Of a stretch of DNA of 64,000 bases, positions 1 through 14,000 are shown one piece after another (position 1 is the stretch's first letter; each line of letters starts with the position of its first letter). The notes beneath the pieces were generated by a model. That model saw nothing but the letters and a program-made list of their open reading frames with translations, was not told the DNA's origin and made no database searches. The stretch covers positions 6,762,587-6,826,586 of the forward strand of contig CAJINV010000001.1 in the NCBI GenBank assembly GCA_905178155.1, read 5' to 3'. This DNA comes from Amoebophrya sp. A120 (lineage: Eukaryota > Protista > Dinoflagellata). Position numbers and translations under genes: made by a program.

Positions 1-293
1 ATTCGAGAATATCCAATGAAATTTCGCAATAACTGGGTGTGCCGAATTAGCAACACACCTTCCTTGCTGCAAAACGCATTCATTTTGAATTTGATCGCGG
101 ATGTTGTACGTCTTTTCATACATTGCTCAGACATCAAGGACACACACACACAGTTGTTACATTGAGAAGTTCATGAGCACAGAAAGTATTGCGTACCACG
201 TCGAAAAGTCGCATTTTGAAGCTGCTTATGAAAGAAGTCTTCATTTGCGGCCAAAAAACGACGAAGAAACCAGCTTCAAATTCCTGCGGACAC

Positions 294-2917
294 CTATTCG
301 AGATACCTCGATTTATTCCCGTCTGGCGAGCTTCCTCGGGCGTGGTTTCCAGGTCCCGCTGGCTCCAGGTCCACGACGTGCTGATCTTCATTTTCGCTTC
401 CGTTGTCTACGCCCGCCCGCGCCCGCACGTCCGCCAGTTCTATCTGCGTCCCAAGCACCGTGGCGTCCACGTCGTCGTGTGCCGCCACCTGCTGCATGCT
501 GCACTTCAGCTTGAAGTTATTCCTCGAGGGAAGAAAAAGATATAGGAGCCCGCTGACCACACACGCAAACGCCACGTTCGGCGCGCCCTCATCGAAAAAC
601 CACACCAGCGGCCATCTCCCAACGATATCGAGCGACGACTCCAGAACAACTTCCAGAGCGGTGCAGATGGCGACGCCTGGGTGGACAAAATACTTGATTT
701 GATTTATAATTTTGTGTTTTCATCACGAGTTCTTGGCAGATGATAGATATGCAAGATCAGTGGAGGAAGAATCCCACAAAAGCTAGGGGAATCTACATAG
801 ATTACCGATCAGAGTCAGACTCGAATTGAAAGAAAGGACAAGTAAACTAGTACTGATCGCGGTATAGTAGACCATGTTGCCGAAGGTAAGTAGCCTAGCC
901 AGCGATTCCAGCTGCCTGCTTTCTACCAAAGACGCCTTCAGCTGCGAAAAACCCCGGCCCGCCCAGCTGACCAGGTATGCGAAGGTCATGGCTTCCGGCA
1001 GGATCGCGAACGCGCTCGTGTCGGACAGGTGGTCCAAGGCGGCCACCCCAGTGGGAAGAAGGGGCGACCCGCTGCCTCCACCCCGAAGCATCAGTGCCTG
1101 TGGAGAGCGATAATTGGGAGATAAAAGGTTTCAAATTCTTCGGAAAAGCTGCAAAAGCAGAGGCAAAGGTCGTTCCCTCAGTCAATCAAAAGAGGTTCTC
1201 AAATTTGAGCTACCCGCCCGTGCTGCAGGACATGGACATCAGCAAAACAACGATCATTAGTACCCGCACACTGGAGAGTCCTGCGTACACTCCGGCACAG
1301 GAAAACAGCATGGTTTTGTGCGGACACGTTTCCAAAACAATGCCGCAACCAAGGGAGATGCTGACGCAGACCACCAAGATGAACGCGAATCGAATCGCCT
1401 GCGCCACCTCCGCGAAGAACACGTGGTTTTTGGCGTGCGCGGTCAGGTCCACGGTGTCGTTTGAAACGGAATAGAGATGATACCGGCCCACGGCACAGAC
1501 CCACGCGAGCACAACCAAGCCGGTGAGAAAATGGTGGAGGGACACGAGGTGGGACTTATAGGCGAAAATGGTGTACAGCCAGTAGAGGAGTAGAACCGAG
1601 TAGAAGGCGACAAGATACTCGTTGAAAAACATGGCGGGAGCGTCGACCGCGGGAAGGTATCCATGACTCGACTTCGCATAAATTTTGCCCTGTTTGTTTT
1701 ATTTTGGCGAGCTCTCGTTTCATCTCGGACAGGGACTTCCTATTTCAGGCTAAAACAGGCGTCAGGTGACGCTTACGTACCCACGCCAGAGATATATTAC
1801 GCACAAAACAAGTACCTCGACGAAGTCCCTGAGCGGGTCGAAGTTGGCTTCTGCGCAGTTGGCGAGACCTATGTAGTACAAACTCTTTTCCATCACCGAG
1901 AACCGGACGCTTCTGCCTTTCGCGTCCGCCAATTTTGTTGCGGACAGAAACGCGTTCGGGCCTTTCGTGTACCGGACGCTGTGTTTCTCCATGCACCCGG
2001 CCGCTGCGGCTTCGTCCTTTTTTGTCCCCTCCACGGCGGACAGGTTCTCTACGTCTTCGTCCGAGCAGCAAAAATGCTCGTGGTCCAACCGTTCTTCCAG
2101 GTCCTCGGCCCGCATGATCACGATCTGCACGTGGTCTGCACCGACGGAATCCGTTAAGAGGTGCAGTTCCTCCCCGTCAATCAGAAACTCCCCAGGCTGC
2201 TCCGGCGTCGCTGCAATCGTGACGGAGTGCGTTATTTCCATGCTCCGAGCCTGCGGAAGGCGAAGCCGAAAACTGTACAGCTCGGCGGATGCGAGATTTG
2301 GAAGTACTGACGCGCTCGAAAACAACGACGCGGCTGTATCCTGAGTAAAAACGTACCCACACCAGAGCTGTAATGCAGATTTGCAAAGACAGGAAGACTT
2401 GTAATGCGCATCCCCATGAGAGCCATTTCCAATCGTGTTTTGGAATTTGTGATGCTGTGAACAGGACGAGCAGCTGGATTTGTGATGCGGCTGCACTTGC
2501 TAACCTGCACTACACTGCAGAGTGCAACTTGTCATGCGTGACTCACAAAACTCGTAGGTTTGTGTTGCAAAATCCCCATCCTGACTCTGGTGTGGGTACG
2601 TTTTTACTCAGGATAGGCTGCGGCGAGTGCCGGGTGCGCCGCTCTTATCAAGTGTAAAAATGTCTGGGTCTGGAAGATTCTGAGACTTGTCATGCATGTT
2701 TTGCCTGGGCCATGATGTGATGCATGCCCTAGCATCACAGATTTTTGGAGGGCCTCGCGATGCCTATTCCGCATGACAAATGCCCTCTCCGCGTAGCAAA
2801 AATTACACTCCCTTTGCTGCTCATGCAATACAGATTTTTTTGGAATCCAAACTCAGCATCACAAGTTGCATTCTTCCAGACCCAGACATTTTTACATTTG
2901 ATAGCTCTCCTTCGCAT
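294..2917 (-). CDS. TMEM87/GPR107-like (Lung_7-TM_R, GOST family) seven-transmembrane protein; multi-exon and interrupted by two introner elements
   Basis: Removing the elements at 2646-2903 and 2337-2615 (each plus one 5-bp direct repeat) gives ATG 2917 MRRRAAHPALAAAASLFSSASVLPNLASA-ELYSF, a signal-peptide-like start. This is followed by a luminal domain (HFCCS...YYIGLANC), a HGYLPAVDAP motif, hydrophobic helices (ORFs 1210..1632, 783..1091, 294..605) and LFLPSRNNFK before an acidic tail. An upstream in-frame ATG at 3142 is also possible. Confidence 0.75.
2337..2615. mobile_element. Introner/MITE-like element A (279 bp), non-canonical intron
   Basis: Perfect 31-bp TIR TATCCTGAGTAAAAACGTACCCACACCAGAG (2337-2367 / 2585-2615), flanked by the 5-bp direct repeat GGCTG (2332-2336, 2616-2620). 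Removing 284 nt restores the frame. Confidence 0.93.
2646..2903. mobile_element. Introner/MITE-like element B (258 bp), non-canonical intron
   Basis: 32-bp TIR TATCAA(G/A)TGTAAAAATGTCTGGGTCTGGAAGA with 1 mismatch (2646-2677 / 2872-2903). Direct repeat GCTCT at 2641-2645 and 2904-2908. Removing 263 nt restores the frame (RRR-A-AHPA). Confidence 0.93.
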
Positions 2918-4028
2918 TTGATTTCGTGGTGGACGCAGCGGTGGAGGTCGAATGGCGTTGGTTTTAGCAGTAGCAGTGGAACTTACACTTAATACTCCGC
3001 ACCTGCTTTGTCCTGCAGACACCATTTCTGGCGATAATTTCTCATTGTCGTTTTCTGTTTTCGCAGTCGCTGAAGCAACGCATCTTCCAAGCAGGCAAGA
3101 AAACGACGAAGACAAAGAGGACGAATTTGGAGACGCTGCCATGACGACGATGGACTAAAACTCTGGTTCTTTCCGCCCAAAAAGTGAAACCTTTATGATA
3201 TGTCGTGCTTTGTTAAGTCGTAGCAAGAGATCTGTGGAGAAGTCCACTTTGGAATTAGTGGTCGCAGTATATGGCGTCGCAACCTGATCAGAAGGGCGGT
3301 GATCATCGAGAAACTCTACTTCAGCTCCTGAGCGCTTGTCCACTTCGACGATAGACCGTCCAACAAGCATGAAGGGGGCACACAAAGGCCACGTCCAGCA
3401 GAAACGCACGTCTGCGAAGTCCAGGCGAGGGAAGAAAAAATCTCCAGGGCCGCTAGCGGCACATCTTCACATTACCACGGTTCATTGCACGAACTAAATT
3501 GTTTGTCTCCCCAATATGTTGATCAAGCACTCAGAATGCTACCAAAAACTGGCTGCATTCTGCGCGTACGACATACTCTATCATCCTCGACCTTCGGGCA
3601 GTTTGAGGTAAAAAAGAGGAAAAAGGTTGCTTTCACGACAACATTGCTCAAAAAAGGGTTGCTACAGAAAAAACTCGTTACAAAGAAAAAAAGATCAAGT
3701 AAATGCCACAAAAAAATAGATCAGCGCAGAAGTTCAGTTCCTCAAATCTGCTGTAAAATGTACAGATACAGAGGCAGAGACGAATCGCTCACAAATTAAT
3801 ACGGTACAGATGACCAAACAGATTCTTCCTGAAAAATTGCCCCCACTATTTCTACATACTTACGCAGTTTTCGCAATTGCAGTTCACGGAAGTTTAGTCT
3901 CATTGTCTACGAATAAAACTAAAGCTCGAATTATAATCGGTGGAAAAAGTTCAGAGGTCACTGGGGAAAAGAATGTTCATGCTGCTCCACATACTATTAT
4001 TTCGCTCCGATCGTTGCTGGAGCTTCTT

Positions 4029-6989
4029 TCAAAACCCGACGCGCGTTATGCCCAACTTCTTGTCCAGAAAAAGGTCTTGGTATTGCGGATTCTTCTGCAA
4101 GATAGGTCGCAGTACGTCATTTGCCGGATAGGCGAGTTCCCGGCGAACCTTTCCGCCTTTTGATACCTAAAACGATTTTCTCACACCCCGCTTTCACTTT
4201 GTTATTGTTTCAGCAACAGCATCACCACATAATTCATCTTCATGCTTTACAACTTTTGTTGAGAACAGCGTTGACATTTTTCAATCAGCGACGGCACGAA
4301 TGACGCTATACCTGTCGCAACAGCGGCGTCTCGTCCAGCATACTGAGGTACTCCTTCGTGCTTCTCAGATTCAATGCACTTGCCTGTACGTTGATGATAG
4401 CTTTCCCTCGCTGGCACAGCTCCTTCAGAATTTTCAGCACCTCCTCTGGCGAAAGACACCTGGACGGATATGTGAATTTTGCAGCTCATGAGAATGCATT
4501 GAAAATTTCATTTTTCATCACATCATCACATGCATATCAGCGATAGGCTAGAATTTTTGAGCACCTCCACAGATAACCATAACACCATAGTGATCGGTAG
4601 AACTTCATTACCTCTTGATCGCTTGTTCCTTTGCTGTTTTCTCGAGCGCCGCACTGTTTTGGACGGTCATTGGCAGCACCTTTTTTGCCGAGGCCGCTCC
4701 GTTGGCGATGAGGGCCTCCCGCAAACGATCGTTTGTCTGACACGCAGAAGATGAGCCGGTATCTAGCATGTGGTCCTGACCAGAAGCGGTGGTGGAACAG
4801 GTATCCGGCTCTGCCTGCTCCGCTGTTCTCTTTTTTCCCCGACCTTGTGGGGTCTTGAACGTGTTGCTTCCTGGCCCTGGCGTTAACGGTGATTTGGGTT
4901 TATTTGTCCCGCCCGATGTCGTTGTCATTTTGTTCTTTGCGTCAGCTGCGGCTACCTCGTCGAAAGCACTCGTGAGCGCGTCTACGAGTTTGCGCTGCTT
5001 TTTCGCCTGTTGCAGCTCTGCGTTCTCGTCGATCTGTTCTAGCGGGGATGACGCAACACCAGGAGCTCCTTCCGAGAATAGGTCCCGCTTCAGCGCTTTC
5101 TGCTGTCGGCCGAGCCTCTTGTCGTACATGGGATTGTCGTACTCCAGCGTGATTCCCTGGTCGTTAACGCCGCTGACCAAACAACAGAAGCACATCAAGA
5201 CCACCTGCTGCATCTGCGGAAGCGCCTTCACCGTCGGTGCAATCTGCTCCATGGGGCTCATGCTCTTCATGACCACGTCTTGCGCAATGTCCAATCCGAT
5301 CAGCTGCCTTGGCTCGTTTGCCCCCTTCGCACTAGATTTCATCTTTGCAGCTGCTGTTGAGGATGAACTGCTAGAGGAAGAGGCCTTACTAGTCCCGACT
5401 TTTAGTGCTGTAGTTGTCGCTGCTGTTGAGGATGAAGCTGCGGACGCTACTGACTGCGCGGCGCCGGTGGAGAAAGAGGAAACCAGGCTAGATCGCGCAG
5501 AAGATATCGTCGAGTTGTGCTGTCCAAATCGGCGGTCCTTCATCTCGTCGAGGGCGCGAGCAGAGAGCTCAAGCGCTTTGCGGCAGTCGCCATTGTTGTA
5601 CTTCGACGCACGGTCTGCCAAGAATTCCAGCGTTTGCGGACCGAAGATTCCCTCCTTCGTTACCTGCGGATTTCATTTTTTTCATGAATACGATGATGAT
5701 GTCGCTATATGATCGCTAGTACTGTCCTTGGAACTTTTCTCGCTACGAGGTCAACATAGCTAAAAGTAAAAACTACGAACAAGAATCAATACTCGTACCT
5801 GATCGAGCCTGGAGAGGATGATTTGCTTCATCTGCTCCGCGCCATAGGGCCGAAAGACCAGGTCTTGCACCTGCTCCAACTCGTTGCAGATCGTCTTCTG
5901 CTGGTCCAGCAACCCAATCGAGTTCGCGATTCCGATCAGCGTGAGCGGTCCGTGTCGGGGCAATCCAAAAATTTTCGCGAACGTGGCGTCATGCTGTTTC
6001 TTCTTCTTGCAGAAGAAATCCACCTCATCCAGAACCAAGATGAACGGTTGCTCCAGCGATTTCACGCGCTTCTCGAGTTTGTCAAGCCTGTGAGAGGAAG
6101 GAGTAATCAAATCAAATTCTGACTGTTTTCTCAAAAAACTAATTTGATGGTGCTTCAGCTTCACACAAGCAGCAGGGCAGTAATGCAAGAAGACGATCAG
6201 TGAAGAAGAAACATCAATGTGAAAAATCTTCGAGTATTAAGATACAGGCCCTTGACTCCCGACTGTGCCCCGCGCTGCATTTTTGCGCGTTTGTTTTGCT
6301 CCGCTGGCAAAGCTTCCAGGATTGCTTTCAGCACAGTCGCTGGCGTCGGGTTGTCGACGCAGGTCATGCAGTTCAGCAGCGTGCTCTCCTCTTCTCGCCT
6401 GTACAAAACGTGGGAAGTGGCTAGGGTTTTCCCCACCCCCGGTACGCCCGAGATGTACAACGCGTCGCCTTCGAGGTCTATGCTCGCCTTGTCCACACTT
6501 TCCTCGATAAAGGAGTTTATCTTCGCGATTTCCTGCTCGCGACCGACGATTTCGCCGTTGTTTCCGACCCGTAAAATTTCCATGCACTTCTTCATCAGCT
6601 CCTTCTCTTTTGCCTGTAGTTTTAGTTCGAGTTCAGCGGTTCTTGTGGTGCTTCGAGAAATGAAAATCATGCCTGCATCAATAAGATACGCAGATATGTC
6701 TTTAGTACTAGATTTTCCTTTGCATATGTATGTAACTAAGTCAGACGATAAAAAAAAGAGAACGATCATCCTGTACATAAAGTTCTGCCGCGGCCTGCTC
6801 GTTCTCTCGCTCCAGTGTTTCTTGCTGCTGTTGCGTGATCTCCGCCTCTTGCTCGGCTGCTTGCACCTCCTTCAGCAGCTCAGCTTCGAGAGCGGCCGAA
6901 AAATCGTGCCGCTTGTTCGCCTTTTTCGGGTCCGACTTCCGCACCGGACGCGGCGGCGCCGGGGGCGGCGCTAGAAGCCGCCTTTTCAT
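4029..6989 (-). CDS. CDC6: Cdc6/Orc1-family AAA+ replication initiator, multi-exon
   Basis: IVGREQE, Walker A LYISGVPGVGKT, LNCM, Walker B ILVLDEVD, LIGIANS, FRPY-EQMKQII-SRL and GDCRKALEL across ORFs 6197..6778, 5760..6188 and 4608..5621. GT-AG introns join them in frame (e.g. 6614-6776). The last exon is read as VSKGG...RVGF* ending at 4029. Confidence 0.85.
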
Positions 6990-8075
6990 CTTGATTGTCA
7001 CAGAGGAAAGTAGGGCGTTGATATTTTCACACACGGTAGTAAAGTCACTCTCTCTTGGCGCGTCCTATCATCAAGCATCAACATGATCAGCGACAAGTTT
7101 CTTGAAAAAACACGTAGTTTGAATTCAATTTGAAAAGTTTGTATAGAGTCAGGGCTACCCGCGTTCTTGTAAGTGACTAGACATAAAGAATTGGGCTGAG
7201 TTTACACTAAACACAGCACTGCACTGACTTGTTGAAATTCACGACACTTTTAGAAAGCGTCAAAAATGGCGGTTTCGTCTTGTTTTCTATTCTTTTCTTG
7301 AGTAGTAGACACAGTTAAGTACGTGAAGAGAACATCAAGAAGACGAGCAACTTTGGGACGGACAAGATAAAGACATAGAAGACAGAAGATTTTTGAGGAA
7401 GTAGCAGTGGGTTGAACTTGTATTCGTTGCGCTACTTCGATGATATTCGTCGACTACATCCGATCGAAGTCCACACACGTCACACAGTTTCTGTTTCTCT
7501 CAGCACCACCAACTAAAAACAGGATTTTTTTCTTCTCTTTTGGTCTCTTCACCCGAGGATCAATAGCGGTCACACGAGCCGGAACACATGACTACAATGA
7601 AGCTCTCACTCTGATGTTCCCGTGATTGACATACCTTTCATCTCCCCAGAACGAATGTCACAGGTTTTCAACGAGATTCTGGGGTGCAACTGTTAGATTT
7701 GGCGTAGATAGTAAGCACGATGCATTTTACATACACCGCGACCAGAATTCACTCTCCAGCGTTGACGCCATGCCACTTGTTTCGATAAAAACATCAGATT
7801 GACGTATTTCTATTTGTGTTCCTTTTCACTCATGACTAAGTAAGTATTTTCGTTCCTTTGTTTCAAAAATCTTCTATCTATCTTTTCAAAAAAAAGCAGG
7901 CACCCTTATCGTTATCTAGCTACACATGGCAAACAATTACAGGACCAGCAGCTAGAGCACATGCAAAAGGAAATCGATGATCGCTACCGCTACGTACTTC
8001 GTTTTATCTATCACTTTTCCGTTTGTTCGATTCGCTGCTTCATCAGATGCGCAAACTGATACGTTCCCGTTTATT

Positions 8076-11000
8076 CTAAGACCGGAGGAAATCTTTCCGA
8101 ATGACCCTGGTCTGCTGTGGCGAACGTGGCGTTCCGCCGAAACTGCCTCCGTTTTCGCTGCTCTGCAAAATGTGCTTCAAAAAAACGTTCCCCGCTTTCG
8201 CGGCGGCGACTTCGCTGTTTCGCTTCAATTCTTCGGCTTGGTTTCGCCGCAATCCCGCACGGACACGGTCCCTGTAGTCGTGCCAGTCATTTCGTTTTCG
8301 CTCCTTCTCCTCCAAGTGGATGTCGCGCCAGTGCGCTTTTTCCTCTTCCAATTCTAAGCGTCGCTGCTGCACCAGATCGCGAACCTCCTGCATTTGCCTT
8401 TGTGCGCGTTTCGCGTGTTCGGAGAGCTGCTTGTGGTTATGATCCTCAATGAGCAGGAAATTTTCCTCCACCTCACCTTCCGCTCCTGTGGCATCGTTGT
8501 AATCAAGCGATCGCTGCATTTCATCTTCTGCGCCAGCCGATTTGCTGTACGTGCGTCCGTTTTTCTCTGGCGAGGAAACCATGGAACTGCTGTCGACGCA
8601 CCCGATCAGCGACAGTCTGCGAAAGGTTTTGTTCCCGCCCCTCGTACTACTACTGCTACCCCCATGATTCAGTGCCGCGTTTTTCGCTGCAGTGGAGGTC
8701 ATTGCGTGGTCTCGCAACAACCGCACGTGCTGGTGCAATTCGTCTTGCCTTCTTTCCCTTTCCACCTCCAACGCGTGCTTGTCGCGCCAGTGCTGCTCGA
8801 TCTTCTGTTCGTTCTGCAAATCCCGCTCCATGACCGCCGCGGCGCGGACGTGTTTCCGCGTTGCCACCTCGTTCCGAATGCGTTCCTTCAACTCGACCAG
8901 CTCGTTTTCCCTCTCCTCTTGTGCCTTGGCGACAAAGTGGCTGAGTTTGCGCTTTTTCCACCGCACCTCCTGCTGGACGAAAAATTGCTCTTCCCGCGCG
9001 GTGGTCCGGCGCCAGGAAGACGAATTCGAGCTGGAGGCCGTGGTTGACAGTGCACACGTAGCGGGTGTAGTTGCGCTACCGGTTCTACTGCCTTCATCGA
9101 TCTGCTGTTCTTCATCATCGTCGGGCCGTGTAGAAGCGCCCACTGAACGAGTCCAACCGAGCTGATCGTCGAGATTCATTCTCTCCTTTGAGGAGTTCTT
9201 GCTGCCTGCGTTGCTGGTGACCAAAGCAGGTTCCTTGGCGATTACCTCGTTCGCAAATGCTGTGCGCATCAACACCTCTTTCGACAAATTATCGTAGGAT
9301 TTGGATTTGTTCTTCAAATCAAACGGATTCTCGTCCTGCATCTGCTCCGGGTCTTTCTTCTCGCGTGCGTCCTTTTGTGTCCCTGCAGTGAATGGTAAAA
9401 GGTCAGCGATAGTTCGTTCTCCAGGCACACACTCTCCATCAGCTTGGTGTTCTTGCAACGCCTCGCCTTCTTCGATGACATTTTCTTCATCCGTCTGAAC
9501 CGGAAGCCAACCGTGCGCGGTTGCGTTACTTTCCAATGCGGTTAACTCCGCTTGCAATGCCCGCAAGTCGCTGCTTCCTTCGAGGTCGGGGTCGCTGCCT
9601 TCCTCAAAGTCTTCTTCCAGCAACGTCCTGCCTTTGTCTTTATCTGTCTCGAGAAGAACCGTTCGGGGTCTTTTCTGCACTCCCTCTTGGAATAAACTCC
9701 GGTAGCGCGGAGGCGTCAATCCCTTGAAGTCCATTTCGAGTCCGTGCCTAGCAGCTCTGTTCTGAGCGGTCAACTCCCCATCGTCTCTACTTCCGGCTTC
9801 GTCAGTTGAAGATGGTACCTCTTCATTTTCCATTCTTTTCCGCAGTAATCTCGCGTCCTCTCGCTGCTGTTGCTCCCGCTGCACCTTGCTCTGGTTTGTC
9901 GCCTGCATCCCTTCTCTTAACTTCTGCAGACTTTCGTTCACTTCAGTTTTGTAAGCCAGGTGCCGCGCTCGCATTTCGTCAATTCGAACCAGAGCCCGAT
10001 CATAGTCGAAAGGATCGTCTGCTGAAAAAGTAGGTTTTTGCTCGAGCGGCGGAGCGGTGCCGTGAATCTCGTAGTGCATCTCTTTCGTCCAGTGGCCAAG
10101 AGGAAACTTCTTTCGCTCTGGTGTTTTTTCGTCTTCATCGCCGTCGGCTAGGGACATGGTCTTGTTGGGAACAATGCTGGTAGTTGTCCCTTCACCTGCA
10201 GAAGTTGTTCGTGCCTTAGTACCATGCTCAACCACAACCGCGCCATTCCCATTGTCTACCACTCGTGTTGGTCGCTTCAACCAGGTTGCGGTCGGACTGG
10301 AACACCCGTCTTCACCGCCTAGCCCGGGTTCGAAACCCGCCCGACCGTCGTTCTTTTTGAAGAAATCGGGAGAGCCGCTGGTACTACCCGTACGACCACC
10401 ATTTTCACCATCCACGTTGGCGCGCCGGCGCTCGGCGATGATCTGTTGCGCGCGTGCCCCAGTGGCTGCTGAGGAGGACGAAGAGCTTCCCAGCCAGGAA
10501 TCCGACCACCAGCTGGCCGCGGATGAGCACGAGGATCCGCGGCCCCCCGTTCGCGGTCGTGTCTGTTCCTCCGCTATCCTACGGGCCGCCGCTGCCGCGG
10601 TGCGGCGAATGCCTGCTTGCGGATCCAGCTGCAGTAAACGCGGGTCGGGTGTCGGTGGTATGAAGAGGGACTGCTGTGCTGTCCCGGGGCGAAAAAACCC
10701 TGAGGTCGAGGGGCGACTTCTGTTTGCGGAGTCTAATCTGACGCTCGCTTCGCCGGCGGAATTGGGGGGCTGGGCCGAGAGAGCGACTCCTGGTGTCAAC
10801 TCGTAGTTCTCTGCAAGACTAGATTTCGTTTTTGCCGCGTAATTTTTCCAGGTGTTCTTGTAAAGCATGCCTTCGAGATGCAGGTCGTACTGTTCCCACA
10901 AATTCAGCGACTCGCAAGCAACGTCGTCCGATCCCAGCTGCTCAGCGGTCCATAGTCGCACGCAAGTCGCGAAGTGTGCGCTCCCTTTCTCCTGCGCGCC

Positions 11001-14000
11001 TTCATCCCGCAGCCGATTCAGTGTGGACTTGTTTTGCTGCTGCTGGTAATCAGGATTTTTTACAACTACACCATCTTCTACCGTACCAACTCCTGATAGG
11101 CCACCTGCACCTTCCTCTTTCTGTTGCAATAATGCAAGTTCACCCCGCCGCAGTCTCGGTACGAACTTCTTCGCACCCATACGCCCTGTGTTCATCTGCG
11201 TACTTGCGTTTTGCTGCGTGGACAAGCGGCGAGCGCCTCCGTGCAGCCCCGCCACCTGGTCTTTTTTGTCGGCCAGAAGGTAGCACTTTTTCTTCGCAGC
11301 AAAGTTTGTGTTGTACGTGGCGATGAACACTGCCGCAGCGGCCATTTTTGCCTGCTTGATGCTGGAGAACCGGAGCTCAAAAAACCGGAGTGCGGACCGG
11401 TTTCGCTGGAACCGGTCGAAGGACTGGGACTGGATGCATTCGGGGACGGCGAAGTAGGTCTGGGACACACAGCGCAGACAGGCATAGATGTCCTTTTCCG
11501 TCAGGGGAAGAGAGTCACTGGTATCTCGCGCGACGTAGGAGTCCCTCGTTCCCTCCGCCCGGCTGCGGGCGTTTGCGCGCGGCGAGATGTTTTTTTTGAA
11601 AGTGATCTTCTGGCGCACCTGGTTTTGTCGGCGATGGCGGTTCAGCGGTGTAGTAGTCGCGGACAAACTTACAGACTTAGAAGTCACGCTGTCAGCTGTT
11701 CCTGGTTTGCTTCCTTGTTTTCCGCCCCGCATAATGCTGCTCCTGCTTTTTGTTAACGGGAGAAGAGGGGAAAAGTCGTGCCTATCGTCCTGCAGTTCTC
11801 CAGCTAGGTCGCACGTGTGACTTCGGGCTGTGAATGCTCTCGCCATAGGCGGGACCGATGACGGCCTCCGCTGCGTCTTCTCGCTGTGGGCTTTTGTCAT
11901 CATGACTTCCGGTGTGGCCTCCACACCTTTTTCACCCTCTACTTCAAGGTCCTCGCGGTACAGGATTTGCAGTACGTCGTCGCGGTCTTCCTCGTCGTCA
12001 AAAATCGTAGACTGCTGCGTCTGCGTCCTGCTGCTGCGGTTCCGAGTGCTGAAAGACAATTGCTTTCGCAGTGAAAAGCTCGAAGTCAAAACTGCCGTGG
12101 TATTGGTCCGGGCAAAAACTTTGCTTCTGTCATTGGCGAACTTTTTACTCGCTTGATCGTCAGTTTCACTGCCTGCTCCTGTGAAAGAACTCTTGCCGCA
12201 TGACTTCTCATTATCGTCTGCACTAAAAGCGATAGTACAACTCTTCTGTCGTTTTTTCTGCAATGCAACCGGAAACAACGGATTTCCTTGCAGAGACGAC
12301 ACCTGGCTCAGCAGAAGCGACAGCAACCCGTTTGGCAGAACGCACAAACTGTCCGGCACGCGGCTGTCGTCCCCTGGCAGCACGGTGAAAGGCGGATTTT
12401 CCTCTCCGCCGTCGAAACAGTAGTCGCGTTCGAGCCAAAACGGCCACCCCAGACGTCCGGTCGGCCGGTTTGGTGGAGACATACGGGAAGTTGGGGTGTG
12501 GTTCATCCCCGAATCTTCGCAAAAATTCTCGTCAAACGCTACTGCTGTCGTGCGGCCATGATCCATCTCCCTGGGGGTTGTACCTTCCGGCGGTCGTTCT
12601 GTAGAAGCACGGTGCCGCGAAGATCGCCTCTTGCGAAACGAACTTGCGATTCCAGAAGGCGTAGTAGAGCTATTTCTGCTAGCAATTGTGCTTCGATCAC
12701 CTCGTGTTGCCTCGTCCTGCTTGGCATCGATCATGACGATTTGCAGTGCGTTTGTGGCGAGATCTTCTGCGGTCGTAGTGCTTCTGCGGTTGTCGACTGG
12801 CATCTGATAGTGGTCGTCGTCGTCGTTCTCCAGGTCCAGACCCGCAGTGAATATCGCGGGGTCAAATCCAACTTTCGACTTGCGGTCCACCGTTTGCTGC
12901 ACACCGAGCGCGCATTCGAGAAAGGAGCGCCAACCGGGAGGTAGTCGTTGCGTGGTTTCGTGGATGTGCGCCAGGCCGAGGAGGACCCGTTCCTCGAGGT
13001 ACAACGTGCTGTCCGTCACCTGACTTAACACAGCACGCAGACGGCTCAACATCTGCAGCCTTCGACGTAGCAACGACCAGCGCCAGAACCGCTGCACACA
13101 CAAGACCGCTCTGCGCCGCATCACGATCATCGGCAGAGGCAGGCCAAACTGCCGCGTGCTCAGGAACCGGCGAAAAGCGGACTGGATCTGGCACGCTGCA
13201 GTGATTTCCCCCGATGTCTTTGGGGTGAGGAAGAAAACGCAGCGGCAGTACCTCGCCGCAAAGGTGGCGGGAACCCGGTTTGTGGTCAAAAAAGCGATGG
13301 CGTCCGGCTCCAGGTGCGGGAATTTCAGCTGCTGCTCCTGACGCTTGTTCCTGATCTTCTTCGATCCGGAGGTGTCGCGTACTTTATTCCTACTTCCCGT
13401 GTCCCACAAGCGGCGGACAAGTCCGGCAGGAAGCTGCATCCCGGTCTGGCTCGTGTGGGCATGTGCAAAAATCACACGGACGCACTCCTGCACAGCGTGA
13501 GCCAGAGCGCTTTGTACGTGCGCTGCGGAACTCGGAGCTGCGTTCGGTGAGTGATCGCTTTCAATGGGTCCTACCGATGCTTGAGGTGACAGCTGTGTGG
13601 TTTCTCGCTTGTCGACACCGATTTCTGACTTGGCAATGGCAACAGTGTTTGTCCCCAAAGTTGGTGGCTCGTCTTGCTCGAAACCTAGTCTCACTTCTTG
13701 CAACACCTGCAGAAAATTTGCGAGCACTTTCGCCACACTTTCAGCTTTGTTCCTTTTTCCGTCTTCGCTGGCAAGAACATCTTCGCGCACAACAGCGTTG
13801 AGCTTGGCTGCTCGAGTGAGTTCGTAGACCAAAAAGCCGATAAAATCCGAGACGCCGCCAGTTTTGGCTTTGACGATCCCATCTACCTCCGTGCGCTGAG
13901 CTGAAGAGAACGCCCGCATCCGCTTCATGTCCATGACGCAAATGTGCAGCAGTGTTCGCAGCATTGAAGGGATAATGGATGCGGACGAGAGCGATGTTGA

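Noticed and set aside
6630-6785. GAACT direct repeat around the first Cdc6 intron, whose removal would also be in frame
   Set aside because: There is no inverted repeat, and a canonical GT-AG intron (6614-6776) explains the frame.
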